Source: Deltaproteobacteria bacterium
Lineage (GTDB): Bacteria; Desulfobacterota; JADFXK01
Length of the DNA: 51,481 bases
Direction of reading: 5' to 3'
Assembly (NCBI GenBank): GCA_015233625.1
Contig: JADFXK010000002.1
Coordinates: forward strand, 1-51,481
In this document: piece after piece, positions 17,721-25,960 of the stretch
How the letters are laid out: the number at the start of each line of letters is the position of its first letter
Position numbering within the stretch: position 1 is the stretch's first letter
The notes under the pieces: model-generated
Databases searched by the model: none
Told to the model about the DNA's origin: nothing
The model's input: only the letters and a program-made list of their open reading frames with translations
Translations under genes and position numbers: made by a program

Positions 17721-18761
17721 ATGATGCCGCTTCGCCTCACTTGTCGTATTAGTGCCGGTATGTTGGCTGTCTGGTGGTTGGTGGGATTGGCCGCCAACGT
17801 CGGGGCCGCGGTTGATAAGTGCGCGGAATTCGATCTTCAGGTACAGGCGCTGATCAATCAGAATAAGTTTGCCGAGGCCCAGAAATCCGTTCAGACGCCG
17901 AGTCCGGAATGTCCTCCATCTTCCAAGCGTTACTTGATGTGGGGCTATATTCTCAAGCATCTGGGACAAAATCAAGAGGCGCTGGAGAAGTACCGAAAAG
18001 CTCTGGAATTGGATCCGAATTCGGCCAATGCCCACAATAATTTGGGTGTGCTTTACAGCCACCTGCGGCAGCACCAAGAAGCGCTGACCGAGTTTCAGGA
18101 AGCCGTTCGATTAAATCCCGGCTACGCCTCGGCCCATAGCAACCTGGGGAATGCTTACGTGATGTTGGGGCAACAAGATGAGGCGGTGTCGGAGTTTCTG
18201 ACCGCCTTGTCCGCGGACCCGAATTATCTCAACGCCATGGTGACACTGGCCAGGCTGTACGACCGGATGGAGAGGAAGTTGGCCGCGATCGCCTATCTCA
18301 GTCGAGCCGCGGAAATTGATACTGATGAGGCTCGCCGGCGGGAGTATCGGGCGGGAATTGATAAGTTAACCGGCGAACTGACCCAGTCTATTCGGGCCGG
18401 GGGCAATAAGACAATTCTTTGGGAGCTGCCCTGCTACCTGGTCAAAGATAAAAAGGTCCTGGTCCTGTTCTATCTAACCGGCAACAGTCCCCTGGCGTTG
18501 AACTACATTGAAGGAGATAATCCTGGCCCCAGGTTCTACTTAGATCTGCCTGGGGTGACGTCGCGCCTGCGGTTATCCGATATCAAGACCATCAGCGCAC
18601 TGCTGAAAAACATTCGATTCGGCAAACATAGCAAACCTGAGCGACTCAGAATAGTCCTCGACGTCTCCCCTGGAGTGACCGGGACCCTCGACCAAACGAC
18701 TCGATTCACCGGCGGCGGCACCAACCTGGTGGAGTACGCCGTTACCCTAAGCCCAAAATAG
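17721..18761 (+). CDS. TPR-repeat protein with C-terminal AMIN-like domain
   Basis: Signal peptide, at least four TPR units (ALELDPNSANAHNNLGVLY, AVRLNPGYASAHSNLGNAY, ...). The C-terminus RFYLDLPGV...IRFGKHSKPERLRIVLDV resembles AMIN domains. Confidence 0.6.
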   Translation: MMPLRLTCRISAGMLAVWWLVGLAANVGAAVDKCAEFDLQVQALINQNKFAEAQKSVQTPSPECPPSSKRYLMWGYILKHLGQNQEALEKYRKALELDPNSANAHNNLGVLYSHLRQHQEALTEFQEAVRLNPGYASAHSNLGNAYVMLGQQDEAVSEFLTALSADPNYLNAMVTLARLYDRMERKLAAIAYLSRAAEIDTDEARRREYRAGIDKLTGELTQSIRAGGNKTILWELPCYLVKDKKVLVLFYLTGNSPLALNYIEGDNPGPRFYLDLPGVTSRLRLSDIKTISALLKNIRFGKHSKPERLRIVLDVSPGVTGTLDQTTRFTGGGTNLVEYAVTLSPK

Positions 18762-18769
18762 GCGGAACA

Positions 18770-19624
18770 ATGCTTAATCACGTGGCCATCTTACCCAAAA
18801 TAAATCACCGATCAGCCTGGGAGACAGCCCGGTGGCTGCAGGCCTGGTTTCGTGAGCATAATGTCTCCACTCATATCATTAAGTGCTACCCCACCCATCC
18901 TTGCCGGCAAGAAGGACAGGGTGAGGAGGAGAAACTCGACTGGCAAGCCGACCTCATTGTGGTGCTCGGCGGAGACGGGACCTTGTTGGGCGCGGCCCGG
19001 GGGGTGGGCGCGGCCGGGACGCCGATTCTCGGAGTCAACCTGGGCGGGTTGGGGTTCTTGACGGAGATTGGATTGGAGGAACTCAATCAAACCCTGCCTC
19101 GGATTATCTCCGGTGACTTTTCCATTGAATCCAGGATGACCTTAGACGCCGAAGTCATCAGGGACGACCATGTGGAATGCATCAATACCGTTCTCAATGA
19201 CGTAGTTATCAACAAGGCGGCCATCGCCCGAATAATGGAGCTGGCTGCCAGCATCGACGATGAATTCGTGACCGCCTTTCGAGCAGCTGGGTTGATTATC
19301 TCGACCCCCACCGGTTTCACTGCCTACAATTTGGCGGCAGGAGGTCCGATTCTTTATCCGACGCTGGAAAGCATTATCTTGACTCCGATTTGTCCGTTTA
19401 CTTTGTCGAACAGGCCACTGATTATTCCGGATAAGTCGGTGGTGCGGATCGAGATTGATCGGGCCGCGGAACATGTCTATATTACCTACGACGGGCAGGT
19501 CGGGCTGAGCCTCAAACCTGGTGATCAAGTGGTGGTGCGTCAAGGCCAAAGCCGCATCAACCTGGTCAAGTCACCCTCCAGCGGCTATTTTAAGATCCTG
19601 AGAACCAAGTTGAAATGGGGTTAG
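18770..19624 (+). CDS. nadK: NAD(+) kinase
   Basis: DLIVVLGGDGTLLGAAR, NLGGLGFLTE, NDVVI and STPTGFTAYNLAAGGPI motifs. 284 aa. Confidence 0.9.
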   Translation: MLNHVAILPKINHRSAWETARWLQAWFREHNVSTHIIKCYPTHPCRQEGQGEEEKLDWQADLIVVLGGDGTLLGAARGVGAAGTPILGVNLGGLGFLTEIGLEELNQTLPRIISGDFSIESRMTLDAEVIRDDHVECINTVLNDVVINKAAIARIMELAASIDDEFVTAFRAAGLIISTPTGFTAYNLAAGGPILYPTLESIILTPICPFTLSNRPLIIPDKSVVRIEIDRAAEHVYITYDGQVGLSLKPGDQVVVRQGQSRINLVKSPSSGYFKILRTKLKWG

Positions 19625-19659
19625 GATCCGCCAATCGATCCAATCAGGTGCATACCGAA

Positions 19660-20007
19660 ATGAATCACCAAGAGAAATATTTTGTGAATCCTCCCACCCA
19701 AACCACCAGATTGAAATTAAGAATATCTAAGAATGACATGGTCTTCTTGAAATCTATTATCGAATCCTACGACGATGCCGCGGTCCTGCGCACCATTGAT
19801 GCGGAGACTGGTCTGATGGAATTGTTGATCGGACCAGGCTGGGAAAGCACCGTGGCCGAGATCTTGGAAGATTTGAAATCGGGCATGCCGCTTATTCTTT
19901 TAGATGAGGAGAGCGGCGATAATCCGATGCCGGATTTCAGCATTTCGAGAAAAAAGAAACCTCAGAGGGCGCGGCGGAAAAGCAAAGAGCGGAAAGAGTT
20001 AACCTGA
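19660..20007 (+). CDS. DUF4911-like small protein with basic tail
   Basis: ATG at 19660 (MNHQEKYF...). FLKSIIESYDDAAVLRTIDAETGLMELL resembles DUF4911 as I recall it. The C-terminus is Lys/Arg rich. Confidence 0.5.
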   Translation: MNHQEKYFVNPPTQTTRLKLRISKNDMVFLKSIIESYDDAAVLRTIDAETGLMELLIGPGWESTVAEILEDLKSGMPLILLDEESGDNPMPDFSISRKKKPQRARRKSKERKELT

Positions 20008-20040
20008 TAGGCTGGTCATCCCGTTGTGACAAATGAGACT

Positions 20041-20066
20041 GATGGCCGAGCCCAACCTCGGCCATC
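20041..20066 (+). terminator. hairpin after the DUF4911-like gene (9-bp stem GATGGCCGA/TCGGCCATC, 8-nt loop GCCCAACC)
   Basis: Stem read directly from the sequence. The downstream tract is only weakly T-rich, hence the low confidence. Confidence 0.35.
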
Positions 20067-20177
20067 CCTCGGCGGCCCTCTTATTTCTGCACTAAGTCTT
20101 TTGAGCGTGGCTTGTGGAGCGATTGAATGGTGAATGTTAGATTTCAACCAATTGCCTGTGGGTTGGCCAAAGATCAC

Positions 20178-20205
20178 TTGACATCTGGCGGTGTTTCTTT
20201 ATAAT
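20178..20205 (+). promoter_or_regulatory. consensus sigma70-type promoter TTGACA-N16-TATAAT
   Basis: TTGACA at 20178-20183 and TATAAT at 20200-20205. Lies about 140 nt upstream of the mce start. Confidence 0.6.
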
Positions 20206-20348
20206 CTTGAAGTGGTTGACCGGGCCTGGAGGGCGCCGCAGGCCTGATGCGTCAACCTGGCGAGCAGGAAAATTTTTCCCGCAGGCGTCCGCCAACCTAT
20301 ATGAATAATGGGATAAAACCGTTTTGCTCCATCGACGAGGAGGTTAAA

Positions 20349-20756
20349 ATGAAAATCAACCGAATTTCACATATTGGCCTGGCCGTCAAAGACGTGGATA
20401 TGGCCAAATCACTCTACACTGACAAACTCGGGCTTGAAATCAAGGGAGAAGAGATGCTGGGCGAGCTTAAGATCGCCTTTGTTCCAGTTGGAGAAACCAG
20501 TATCGAATGCGTCCAATCCACCACGGCCGAAGGGGTTATGTGTAAATTCATCGAAAAGAAAGGTGAAGGCATTCATCACATTGCCTTTGAGGTCGATGAT
20601 ATCGAGGCTGCCGTGGAAGAATTGAAGGGTCGCGGCGTGGCCATGATCGACCAAAAGCCCCGTCCCGGCGCCCATGGGACCAAGGTAGCCTTCCTGCATC
20701 CCAAGGGTACCTACGGGGTGCTGATTGAACTGGTGCAACCGGGTGCCGGGCATTAA
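20349..20756 (+). CDS. mce: methylmalonyl-CoA epimerase (VOC/glyoxalase fold)
   Basis: Start at 20349 after GAGGAGG. MKINRISHIGLAVKD..., GIHHIAFEVDDI, AFLHPKGTYGVLIELVQ. The tracked ORF extends upstream to 20247 with no support. Confidence 0.85.
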   Translation: MKINRISHIGLAVKDVDMAKSLYTDKLGLEIKGEEMLGELKIAFVPVGETSIECVQSTTAEGVMCKFIEKKGEGIHHIAFEVDDIEAAVEELKGRGVAMIDQKPRPGAHGTKVAFLHPKGTYGVLIELVQPGAGH

Positions 20757-20799
20757 GCCGGGAGAGTCCGGGTTGTCGGCTGCGGCTGACAACGACTCG

Positions 20800-20846
20800 T
20801 CATCACCGGGTTATTCGCCACTGTGATGATCGCTTTGCTTTTTCTT
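20800..20846 (+). terminator. possible terminator/attenuator hairpin between mce and nifU
   Basis: TCATCAC (20800-20806) pairs with GTGATGA (20823-20829), followed by tcgctttgctttttcttt. Confidence 0.35.
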
Positions 20847-20872
20847 TGATTCCAGCCCCGGAGGAATTCACG

Positions 20873-21712
20873 ATGTGGGATTATACCGATAAAGTTAAGG
20901 AAATGTTTGAAAACCCCCAGAATGTCGGCGTGGTGGAAGAACCCGACGGTGTGGGTGAAGCCGGTTCGCTGGCTTGCGGCGATGCGCTCAAGTTGTCCTT
21001 TAAGCTCGACGAAAACAAACGGATTAAGGAAGCTAAGTTCCAGACCTTTGGCTGCGCCTCGGCCATTGCTTCATCTTCGGCTCTAACGGAAATAATCAAG
21101 GGTATGACCTTAGAAGAAGCGGAAAAACTTACAAATAAAGAAATAGCCCAGTATTTAGGTGGATTGCCTAAGGAAAAGATGCACTGCTCCGTTATGGGCC
21201 AGGAGGCCCTGCAAGCGGCTATCGCCAATTATCGGGGTATCCCGATTAAGAAAGAGACGGAAGGGAACATCGTCTGTGAGTGTTTTGGCGTGACCGACAA
21301 GGAAATCATCCGGGTGATCAAAGAAAACAAACTGACCACCAGGGAAGAGGTGACCAATTTCACCAAGGCCGGTGGCGGCTGCGAATCGTGTCATCAGAAA
21401 ATTGAAGATATCCTGGCCCAGGTGCTGGCGGCCAAAGATGTCCAGACCATCCCCACTCGGCCGGATCGGAAGCTAACCAATATTCAACGGATCCGTTTGG
21501 TTCAAGAGGTCATGGAGCGGGAAATCTCTCCAGCCCTCAAAGCTGACGGCGGTGATATCGAGCTGGTGGATATTGAAGGCAAGCGGGTCCTGGTGGCTCT
21601 CCGGGGTACGTGTTCCACCTGTGCGGCCTCCCAGGTGACTTTGAAAGACTATGTGGAAACCAAACTCCGGGAACTTATTGAGGATGATCTGGTGGTGGAG
21701 GAGGTGTCTTAA
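20873..21712 (+). CDS. nifU: NifU-type Fe-S cluster scaffold (IscU-like N-domain, BFD-like 2Fe-2S centre, NifU C-domain)
   Basis: ATG at 20873 after GGAGGA. Motifs GSLACGDALK, FGCASAIASS, HCSVMG, CECFGVT...GGCESCH and GTCSTCAAS. Confidence 0.9.
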   Translation: MWDYTDKVKEMFENPQNVGVVEEPDGVGEAGSLACGDALKLSFKLDENKRIKEAKFQTFGCASAIASSSALTEIIKGMTLEEAEKLTNKEIAQYLGGLPKEKMHCSVMGQEALQAAIANYRGIPIKKETEGNIVCECFGVTDKEIIRVIKENKLTTREEVTNFTKAGGGCESCHQKIEDILAQVLAAKDVQTIPTRPDRKLTNIQRIRLVQEVMEREISPALKADGGDIELVDIEGKRVLVALRGTCSTCAASQVTLKDYVETKLRELIEDDLVVEEVS

Positions 21713-22899
21713 TGAAGGTAATTTATCTAGATAACAACGCCACTACCAGGGTAGACCCGCTGGTGGTTGAAGCCATGCAGCCATATTTCTCCGAGCTTTA
21801 TGGCAACCCTTCGAGTATGCACTCCTTTGGCGGTCAGGTGGCCCAAAAGCTTCAGCAAGCGCGGGAACAGACCGCAGCCTTGTTGGGAGCCGATCCCAGT
21901 GAAATCATCTTCACCAGTTGCGGTACGGAAAGTGACAATGCGGCCATTAAGGGGACTCTGGCCTCCTATCCGGAAAAGAAGCACGTGATTATTTCTCGGG
22001 TGGAGCACCCCGCCGTACTCAACCAGGCAAAGTACCTGACTAAGGCCGGGTATAGAGTGACCGAGCTGGGGGTGGACCGCGAAGGCCGGCTGAACCTGGA
22101 CCAACTAAAAAAGTCTTTGACCGACAACACGGCCATGGTCAGCTTGATGTGGGCCAACAATGAAACCGGGGTTGTGTTTCCCGTGGAAGAAATCGCGGAA
22201 CTGGTCAAGAGCCGAGGCGCGGTGTTCCATACCGACGCGGTTCAGGCGGCCGGTAAGGTCCCTATCAACTTAAAGAAAAGTCAGATTGATTTCCTGTCGT
22301 TATCCGGTCACAAACTCCATGCACCCAAAGGCATTGGAGTATTATACAAACGCAAGGGCGTTCGCTTCACCCCCTTTATGGTTGGTGGTCATCAAGAACG
22401 AGGGCTGCGTAGCGGCACCGAGAATGTGCCATATATCATTGGATTAGGCGTGGCATGCCAGTTAGCCGTGGATCGGATGGAAGACGAAAACACCCGGGTC
22501 AAGGCCCTCCGGGACAAATTGGAAAAAGGATTGGTGAGCGCTGTCCCAAATGTTTTTATCAATGGTGGCGGCGCGCCCCGCTTACCCAATACTCTGTCCA
22601 TCTCCTTCGAGTACATTGAAGGTGAGTCTATTTTGCTGATGCTAGACAAGCTGGGCATTTGTGCTTCTTCAGGTTCAGCCTGTACCTCAGGGTCCCTGGA
22701 GCCTTCCCACGTCTTGCGGGCGATGGGTGTTCCCTTCACCGCCGCGCACGGGTCCATCAGGTTCAGCCTGAGCTACTATAATACTGAAGAAGAGATTGAT
22801 TTTGTGCTGACTGAGGTGCCGCCGATCATTCAAAAACTGCGGGCTATTTCTCCGTTTTGGAAACCGGGAACGACCCAGTCTGCGGCGGCGTGTTCATGA
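21712..22899 (+). CDS. nifS: cysteine desulfurase NifS (class V aminotransferase)
   Basis: IYLDNNATT, TSCGTESDN, SGHKLHAPKGIG (PLP Lys), SSGSACTSG (active Cys). Its start overlaps the nifU stop by 1 nt. Confidence 0.9.
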   Translation: MKVIYLDNNATTRVDPLVVEAMQPYFSELYGNPSSMHSFGGQVAQKLQQAREQTAALLGADPSEIIFTSCGTESDNAAIKGTLASYPEKKHVIISRVEHPAVLNQAKYLTKAGYRVTELGVDREGRLNLDQLKKSLTDNTAMVSLMWANNETGVVFPVEEIAELVKSRGAVFHTDAVQAAGKVPINLKKSQIDFLSLSGHKLHAPKGIGVLYKRKGVRFTPFMVGGHQERGLRSGTENVPYIIGLGVACQLAVDRMEDENTRVKALRDKLEKGLVSAVPNVFINGGGAPRLPNTLSISFEYIEGESILLMLDKLGICASSGSACTSGSLEPSHVLRAMGVPFTAAHGSIRFSLSYYNTEEEIDFVLTEVPPIIQKLRAISPFWKPGTTQSAAACS

Positions 22900-23807
22900 T
22901 CGGTATTTCCACGGCCTGGCGGGCCATGGGGGCGACCAGCGGAGAAGGGCTTTTGACGGCCATGGATGAATCGGGTGTCGAAGCCTTGGAACTGGAATAC
23001 CGCATCTCTTCACCGGTGTTCAACCAATTGGTTCCGTTGCTGAGGACGTCTCATCGTCCGATCACCAGCATTCACAATTTTTGCCCCACCCCTCCGGACG
23101 TCCCTCCGGAGAAGGCTTCCGGAGATTTATTCTCCCTCGCCAGCCTGGATCAGGACGTCCGGAAGGAAGCCATCAAGTGGACCACCCGCACCCTGGAGAA
23201 GGCTAACGATCTGGAAGTGGAAGTGGTGGTGCTGCACCTGGGGCAGGTGGACATGGACACAAATTTGCCGGAAGTCCGGACGGCCGTTTTCAATAAGGAA
23301 ATTACCATAGAAGAAGCCCGGCTCAGGCTAGCCGGACCTGTTCCGGAACGTCAGGCTAAGGTTCCCAAACACCTGGATGCCGTCCTGTTTAGTCTGGATC
23401 GGCTGGTCAACGCCGCGACCAGGCTGCACGTCCAACTTGGCCTCGAAAACAGAAATCACCTTAGGAACATCCCAACTTATGAGGAACTTGATCTAATCTT
23501 GCAGACCTTCGCCGGCGCTCCTCTGGGGTATTGGCACGATATCGGCCACGCTCAAGTGGGGGAGTTGATCGGTGGTCCTTCTCAACTGGAGACACTTGAG
23601 AAATACAAAGGCCGTACCCTGGGCCTCCACTTGCACGACACCGAAGGATTCCGGGATCATTTGGCTCCAGGCTGCGGGGAAGTGAATTTCGAGGGGTTGG
23701 CCAAACACCTGAAGGACATCCCCCGTCGGGTGATAGAGGTGAGTCGGAGAGTGACGGCTGAGGAGGTCCGCCAGGGAGTCCAACTGCTGCAGCGGATTGG
23801 ATTATGA
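22896..23807 (+). CDS. sugar phosphate isomerase/epimerase (xylose isomerase-like TIM barrel)
   Basis: ATG at 22896 overlaps the nifS TGA (ATGA). LELEYR, VVVLHLG, LGLEN and LHLHD motifs. Confidence 0.65.
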   Translation: MIGISTAWRAMGATSGEGLLTAMDESGVEALELEYRISSPVFNQLVPLLRTSHRPITSIHNFCPTPPDVPPEKASGDLFSLASLDQDVRKEAIKWTTRTLEKANDLEVEVVVLHLGQVDMDTNLPEVRTAVFNKEITIEEARLRLAGPVPERQAKVPKHLDAVLFSLDRLVNAATRLHVQLGLENRNHLRNIPTYEELDLILQTFAGAPLGYWHDIGHAQVGELIGGPSQLETLEKYKGRTLGLHLHDTEGFRDHLAPGCGEVNFEGLAKHLKDIPRRVIEVSRRVTAEEVRQGVQLLQRIGL

Positions 23808-23815
23808 GTCTCTGG

Positions 23816-23909
23816 CTACTTGTTGCTTGTTTCTGGGTGCTTGTTAGTTGTTTCTTGTTGCTGGTTGTCTCGAACGAATAACCGGCAACGGGCAACGAGT
23901 AACCAGCAA
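23816..23909. repeat. two inverted heptamer arrays: 8 x TTGCTTG-type (23816-23871) and 4 x CNRGCAA-type (23882-23909)
   Basis: CTACTTG TTGCTTG TTTCTGG GTGCTTG TTAGTTG TTTCTTG TTGCTGG TTGTCTC ... CCGGCAA CGGGCAA CGAGTAA CCAGCAA. The arms can pair; TTGGTCGTTGTTC / AACCGGCAACGGG gives 13 bp including G-U pairs. Confidence 0.75.
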
Positions 23910-23920
23910 CCGAAGGAGAG

Positions 23921-24583
23921 GTGCCTCACATGTCCTTGCCGGATTCTGACGAACAAAGAAAATTTCACCCCTGGGGATTGGTCATTATGGGGTCGATTAT
24001 TTTGTCTTTGATCTGCGTCGGTCTGCTGTTATTCTTGCGTATGGAGGTGACCCCGTTGGTCGAAAAAATGGCTTCCCTGGACCAGCAGGCCATGCAACTG
24101 ACCCATGGGATGGACAGACAGATGGCTCAGCTCGGCCATGACCGGATTCTAATCGAAGAAGCCCGAAAGCTATTAGACAAAAGTCAGTCCGTTATTCAAG
24201 ATTACATCGTTGAGAACATCAAGAATAAAGGGATGGTTCGGCTGAACGACAAAGACATGCAAAGAATTGACGAAACCTTTCTTGTCGCTCAATTGACGGC
24301 CACCGCCCAGGGGACTGGAATCAAACTGTCAGGTCTGGTCATCAATTCCAGCCGGCTGGATTATCGGGCCGTTAAGTTTTTGGTAAGTGTCTCGTCCCAG
24401 TCAACCGAGATATATTTAGGCGAACTGGCGGCCGGCGGCACCGCGAATTTTGATGTCAGCCTGCCCAATTTATCCCCATCAACCACCAAGTCTGCCAGAG
24501 TGACCTACCTCACCGGAGGGGTTTATCTGGGTGGCGGCCAGGTAGTCAGTCGCAAGGGGGAACCGGGCGAAGCCGGTAGGTGA
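23921..24583 (+). CDS. hypothetical membrane-anchored protein
   Basis: 220-aa ORF. GGAG at 23906-23909 lies 11 nt upstream of the ATG at 23921. One N-terminal hydrophobic span (WGLVIMGSIILSLICVGLLLFL). Confidence 0.5.
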   Translation: MPHMSLPDSDEQRKFHPWGLVIMGSIILSLICVGLLLFLRMEVTPLVEKMASLDQQAMQLTHGMDRQMAQLGHDRILIEEARKLLDKSQSVIQDYIVENIKNKGMVRLNDKDMQRIDETFLVAQLTATAQGTGIKLSGLVINSSRLDYRAVKFLVSVSSQSTEIYLGELAAGGTANFDVSLPNLSPSTTKSARVTYLTGGVYLGGGQVVSRKGEPGEAGR

Positions 24584-24807
24584 GCTAGTGCCGGATGATA
24601 AACCTCGTTGACTCAAACCAGACCTTCTTGACTCCAACTTAGTGGCACCCAAAACGTAATCTTACATTCCCCCTACATTATAATAATCACAACGACGACG
24701 GAGTAGAAATTCTCTCCCGTCTGTTTAGATATGATCGGTGCCGTTATATTTGACGCCTTCAACAATCTGTCTTGTTGTCTACTCATTTTGGCCGGAAAAC
24801 AAAATAA

Positions 24808-24863
24808 CGAGCAACCAGCAACATGAAACCCGCAACCCGCAACGCGCAACACGCAACCCGTAC
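24808..24863 (+). repeat. heptanucleotide array, 8 units (CGAGCAA CCAGCAA CATGAAA CCCGCAA CCCGCAA CGCGCAA CACGCAA CCCGTAC)
   Basis: 7-nt periodicity read directly. Contains the ATG (24823) used by the tracked esterase ORF. Confidence 0.75.
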
Positions 24864-25863
24864 CGGAGAGTCCTCCTTGGCAAAGTCTGGGACCATATCT
24901 GTGACAGCGGTCTGGTTGGGAATGATCATTCTGCTTGGGTGCCTGACCGGAGTCACCCCGGCCCAGTCCCTGCTACCGGAGGAAGGGACACCAGGGGACC
25001 ACGTTTTTGATATACAGGCCGCCGGCCTGAAGCGTCAGTACATCGTTCACGTGCCGGCAGGATACGATGGGCAGACGTCCGTGCCCGTGGTCATGATGTT
25101 CCACGGCGCAGGCGGCATGGCGCAGACGTCCATGTTGGAGACCGGTTTGGCCGGCAAGGCCGACAAAGAGACATTCCTGGCCGTGTTTCCGGAAGGCTCT
25201 CGTCCTAAGGCGTCAATACGGCCCCGCTTTCTGGGCAATCCCCAAACCTGGAATGATGGCTCGAATCGGTCCAATGTCGGGGCCACCCAAAGAAAAGTTG
25301 ATGATGTCGGTTTCGTCAACGCTCTAATTGACGATTTGATCAGTCGTTTTCGCGTGGATGAGCATCGCATTTACGCCACCGGGTTTTCCAATGGGGCCTC
25401 GATGGTTTTTCGCCTGGGCCGCCAACTTTCCAGACGCCTGGCCGCAATCGCCCCCGTGGCTGGGAGTGACTGGTTAGGGTCGACAAAGATCGACCGGCCC
25501 ATTTCTCTCCTCTATATCACCGGCACTGCGGACCCGCTCAACCCGATCAATGGTGGGGACATGGTCTTGGGGTGGCGGGTGATCGGTCATAAACCACCGG
25601 TCCGGGAACAGATCCAAAGATGGGTGGAGATGCTCGGTTGCCCGCCTGCACCTAAAGTCATTTACGACCGAGATGGGGTCAAAGGGGTGGCCTACAGTCC
25701 GGGCAACGCCGGCTCGGAAGTCGTCTGGTACACCATTGAGCGGATGGGGCATGTTTGGCCGGGAGGGATCCACTTCCTGCCGGAGAAACTGATCGGAAAG
25801 CCGTCCGACAAGATCAAGGCCAACGAGGTGATCTGGGAGTTTTTCCGGAAGCACCCCAAATAA
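24823..25863 (+). CDS. secreted esterase of the PHB-depolymerase / LpqC (COG3509) family
   Basis: VPVVMMFHGAGG, GFSNGASM (GxSxG) and a hydrophobic signal (VWLGMIILLGCLTGVTPAQS). The first roughly 15 residues are repeat-encoded, so the true start may be the in-frame TTG at 24877 or GTG at 24901. Confidence 0.7.
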   Translation: MKPATRNAQHATRTGESSLAKSGTISVTAVWLGMIILLGCLTGVTPAQSLLPEEGTPGDHVFDIQAAGLKRQYIVHVPAGYDGQTSVPVVMMFHGAGGMAQTSMLETGLAGKADKETFLAVFPEGSRPKASIRPRFLGNPQTWNDGSNRSNVGATQRKVDDVGFVNALIDDLISRFRVDEHRIYATGFSNGASMVFRLGRQLSRRLAAIAPVAGSDWLGSTKIDRPISLLYITGTADPLNPINGGDMVLGWRVIGHKPPVREQIQRWVEMLGCPPAPKVIYDRDGVKGVAYSPGNAGSEVVWYTIERMGHVWPGGIHFLPEKLIGKPSDKIKANEVIWEFFRKHPK

Positions 25864-25960
25864 CTTTTGCCTTCTCAACCGGTCGGAAATGTGCTAAAGG
25901 CACCCCCACAGGTGTTCTTTTCGGCCCGTTATCGATATTCAAAATAAGAGGAAATTGCTT

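Noticed and set aside
23820-24011. 63-aa ORF MLLVSGCLLVVSCCWLS...
   Set aside because: It is the direct translation of the heptamer arrays and hairpin at 23816-23909, and it overlaps the better-supported 23921 gene.
14251-24863. Heptamer arrays as a CRISPR-like locus
   Set aside because: The units are 7 nt, contiguous and without spacers, and the arrays are scattered. This is not CRISPR architecture.
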